DNA of 32,000 nucleotides, taken from contig CP010424.1 in NCBI GenBank assembly GCA_000830275.1, positions 450,001 to 482,000 of the forward strand, in the 5' to 3' direction. Of this stretch, positions 31,149-32,000 are shown in pieces (position 1 is the first letter of the stretch; the number at the start of each line of letters is the position of its first letter). This stretch comes from an archaeon GW2011_AR10. GTDB lineage: Archaea; Iainarchaeota; Iainarchaeia; Iainarchaeales; GW2011-AR10. The position numbers and the translations under genes are program-made. The notes under the pieces are model-generated. The model saw only the letters and a list, made by a program, of their open reading frames with translations. It had not been told where the DNA came from and did not search any database.

Positions 31149-31864
31149 CTATTCCCCCCCAGCAATTTCTCCAGCCCAGCCTTATTAATTTCTTTTTTAC
31201 TTAATACAGATAAAATTTTTCCATCCTTAAACACAATTACCCTGTCAGCCATTTTCACTGCCTCATCAATATCCTGTGTCACTAACAATACGCTTAAATT
31301 AAACTTCCTCTTCAATTCCGCAATGTAATCCCAAATTTTTAACTTAATTGAAGGATCCAAATTTATGGTAGGCTCATCCAGCAATAACAGTTTAGGTTTA
31401 TGAATTAATGCCCTAGAAATATCAAGTCTCCGCCTCATTCCCAAAGAATAAGTTTTAACCAGTTTATCAGCATAGTCATTTATTTCCATAAACCCAAGCA
31501 ACTCATGCGCCTGCTTTTCCAATTCCTTTTTTTCCACCCCATAAAGTATTCCATGAATCAGCAAAGTTTCCCTTCCAGTGTAAAAACCTTCAAGCACATG
31601 CTCCTGAAACACAACTCCTCTAATTTTTTTAGCAGACTGGTTGAAAGGTTTTACCCCCATAATTTCAGCCTGCCCCGAAGTAGGCTTGTCAACACCAGCA
31701 AAAATATTCAATGCAGTGGTTTTCCCTGAACCGTTCTTTCCCAAAAGCACTAAAAATTCGCCTTCCTTCAAAGAAAAAGACACATTATCTACTGCCTTTT
31801 TGTCCCCAAACTGCCTGCAAAGCCCTTCAGCCTTCAAAACAACAGAACTGCTTCTAACACCCAT
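31145..31864 (-). CDS. ABC transporter ATP-binding protein
   Basis: Walker A GKNGSGKTT, signature-like YSLGMRRRL, Walker B LLLLDEPT and H-loop VLLVTQD. Confidence 0.95.
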   Translation of the reverse strand: MGVRSSSVVLKAEGLCRQFGDKKAVDNVSFSLKEGEFLVLLGKNGSGKTTALNIFAGVDKPTSGQAEIMGVKPFNQSAKKIRGVVFQEHVLEGFYTGRETLLIHGILYGVEKKELEKQAHELLGFMEINDYADKLVKTYSLGMRRRLDISRALIHKPKLLLLDEPTINLDPSIKLKIWDYIAELKRKFNLSVLLVTQDIDEAVKMADRVIVFKDGKILSVLSKKEINKAGLEKLLGGNR

Positions 31865-31932
31865 TTTATCACTTAACTATTTTGCACTCCAAACTAATTA
31901 AAACCTATTCAAAAACCAACAATGAGCTCCTC

Positions 31933-31968
31933 CCCCGCCTGAAGGCGGGGTATCCAAGTTTCTTTTTT
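31933..31968. terminator. GC-rich hairpin with a distal T-run at the window edge
   Basis: ccccgcc (31933-31939) pairs with ggcgggg (31944-31950) around the loop tgaa. A T6 run lies at 31963-31968. It may terminate a minus-strand gene lying beyond 32000. Confidence 0.3.
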
Positions 31969-32000
31969 AGCTAGAGTAATCCGCTATTGTTGTTTGCTCT

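Noticed and set aside
31641-31901. Plus-strand ORF 31641..31901 as the gene terminated by the GC hairpin at 31933-31950.
   Set aside because: It is antisense to the well-supported ABC ATPase gene. The hairpin more likely relates to a minus-strand gene beyond the window edge.

Overview
Archaeal chromosomal window, shown by TBP, RNA polymerase subunit F/Rpo4, ribosomal protein L21e, AglB/STT3, AMP phosphorylase, an orphan 5S rRNA and TATA-type promoters close to start codons. Gene packing is tight, with many 1-4 nt overlaps. The style resembles small-genome uncultivated archaea, but that placement is inference only. Content from left to right:
- (i) A pyrimidine gene string: the tail of a possible pyrC, then pyrE and pyrF.
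- (ii) AMP phosphorylase.
- (iii) The conserved archaeal minus-strand operon L21e-RpoF-DUF655-KsgA, followed by a possible SRP19.
- (iv) MsrA, two small zinc-ribbon proteins and a PPC/DUF296 protein.
- (v) A small AT-rich islet with a RelE-type toxin-antitoxin pair and a Cas4-like PD-(D/E)XK nuclease.
- (vi) TBP carrying an unusual Lys-rich tail, a stand-alone 5S rRNA and a 41-nt tandem repeat.
- (vii) An aquaporin and a ferredoxin/FNR-like pair.
- (viii) An ~8 kb plus-strand N-glycosylation operon: AglB, Alg7-type GlcNAc-1-P transferase, split Alg14/Alg13 homologs, a flippase-like membrane protein, a GT2 and two SDR epimerases.
- (ix) A compositionally mosaic right-hand part with a KaiC-like ATPase, a V4R protein, orphan genes, UppS, an Lrp-led operon, wHTH regulators and an ABC-2 exporter.

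I found no tRNA, CRISPR array, transposase or integrase.

The most unusual non-coding signals are these:
- A ~60-nt hairpin module occurs twice in inverted orientation at about 93% identity (9087-9146 and 23257-23315). Each copy sits inside an array of three long-stem hairpins.
- About 12 A-tracts are phased at ~10 bp upstream of the Lrp gene.
- Neighbouring genes on opposite strands have mirror-image codon third-position bias.

All functional calls come from motif recognition by eye. No database search was run.
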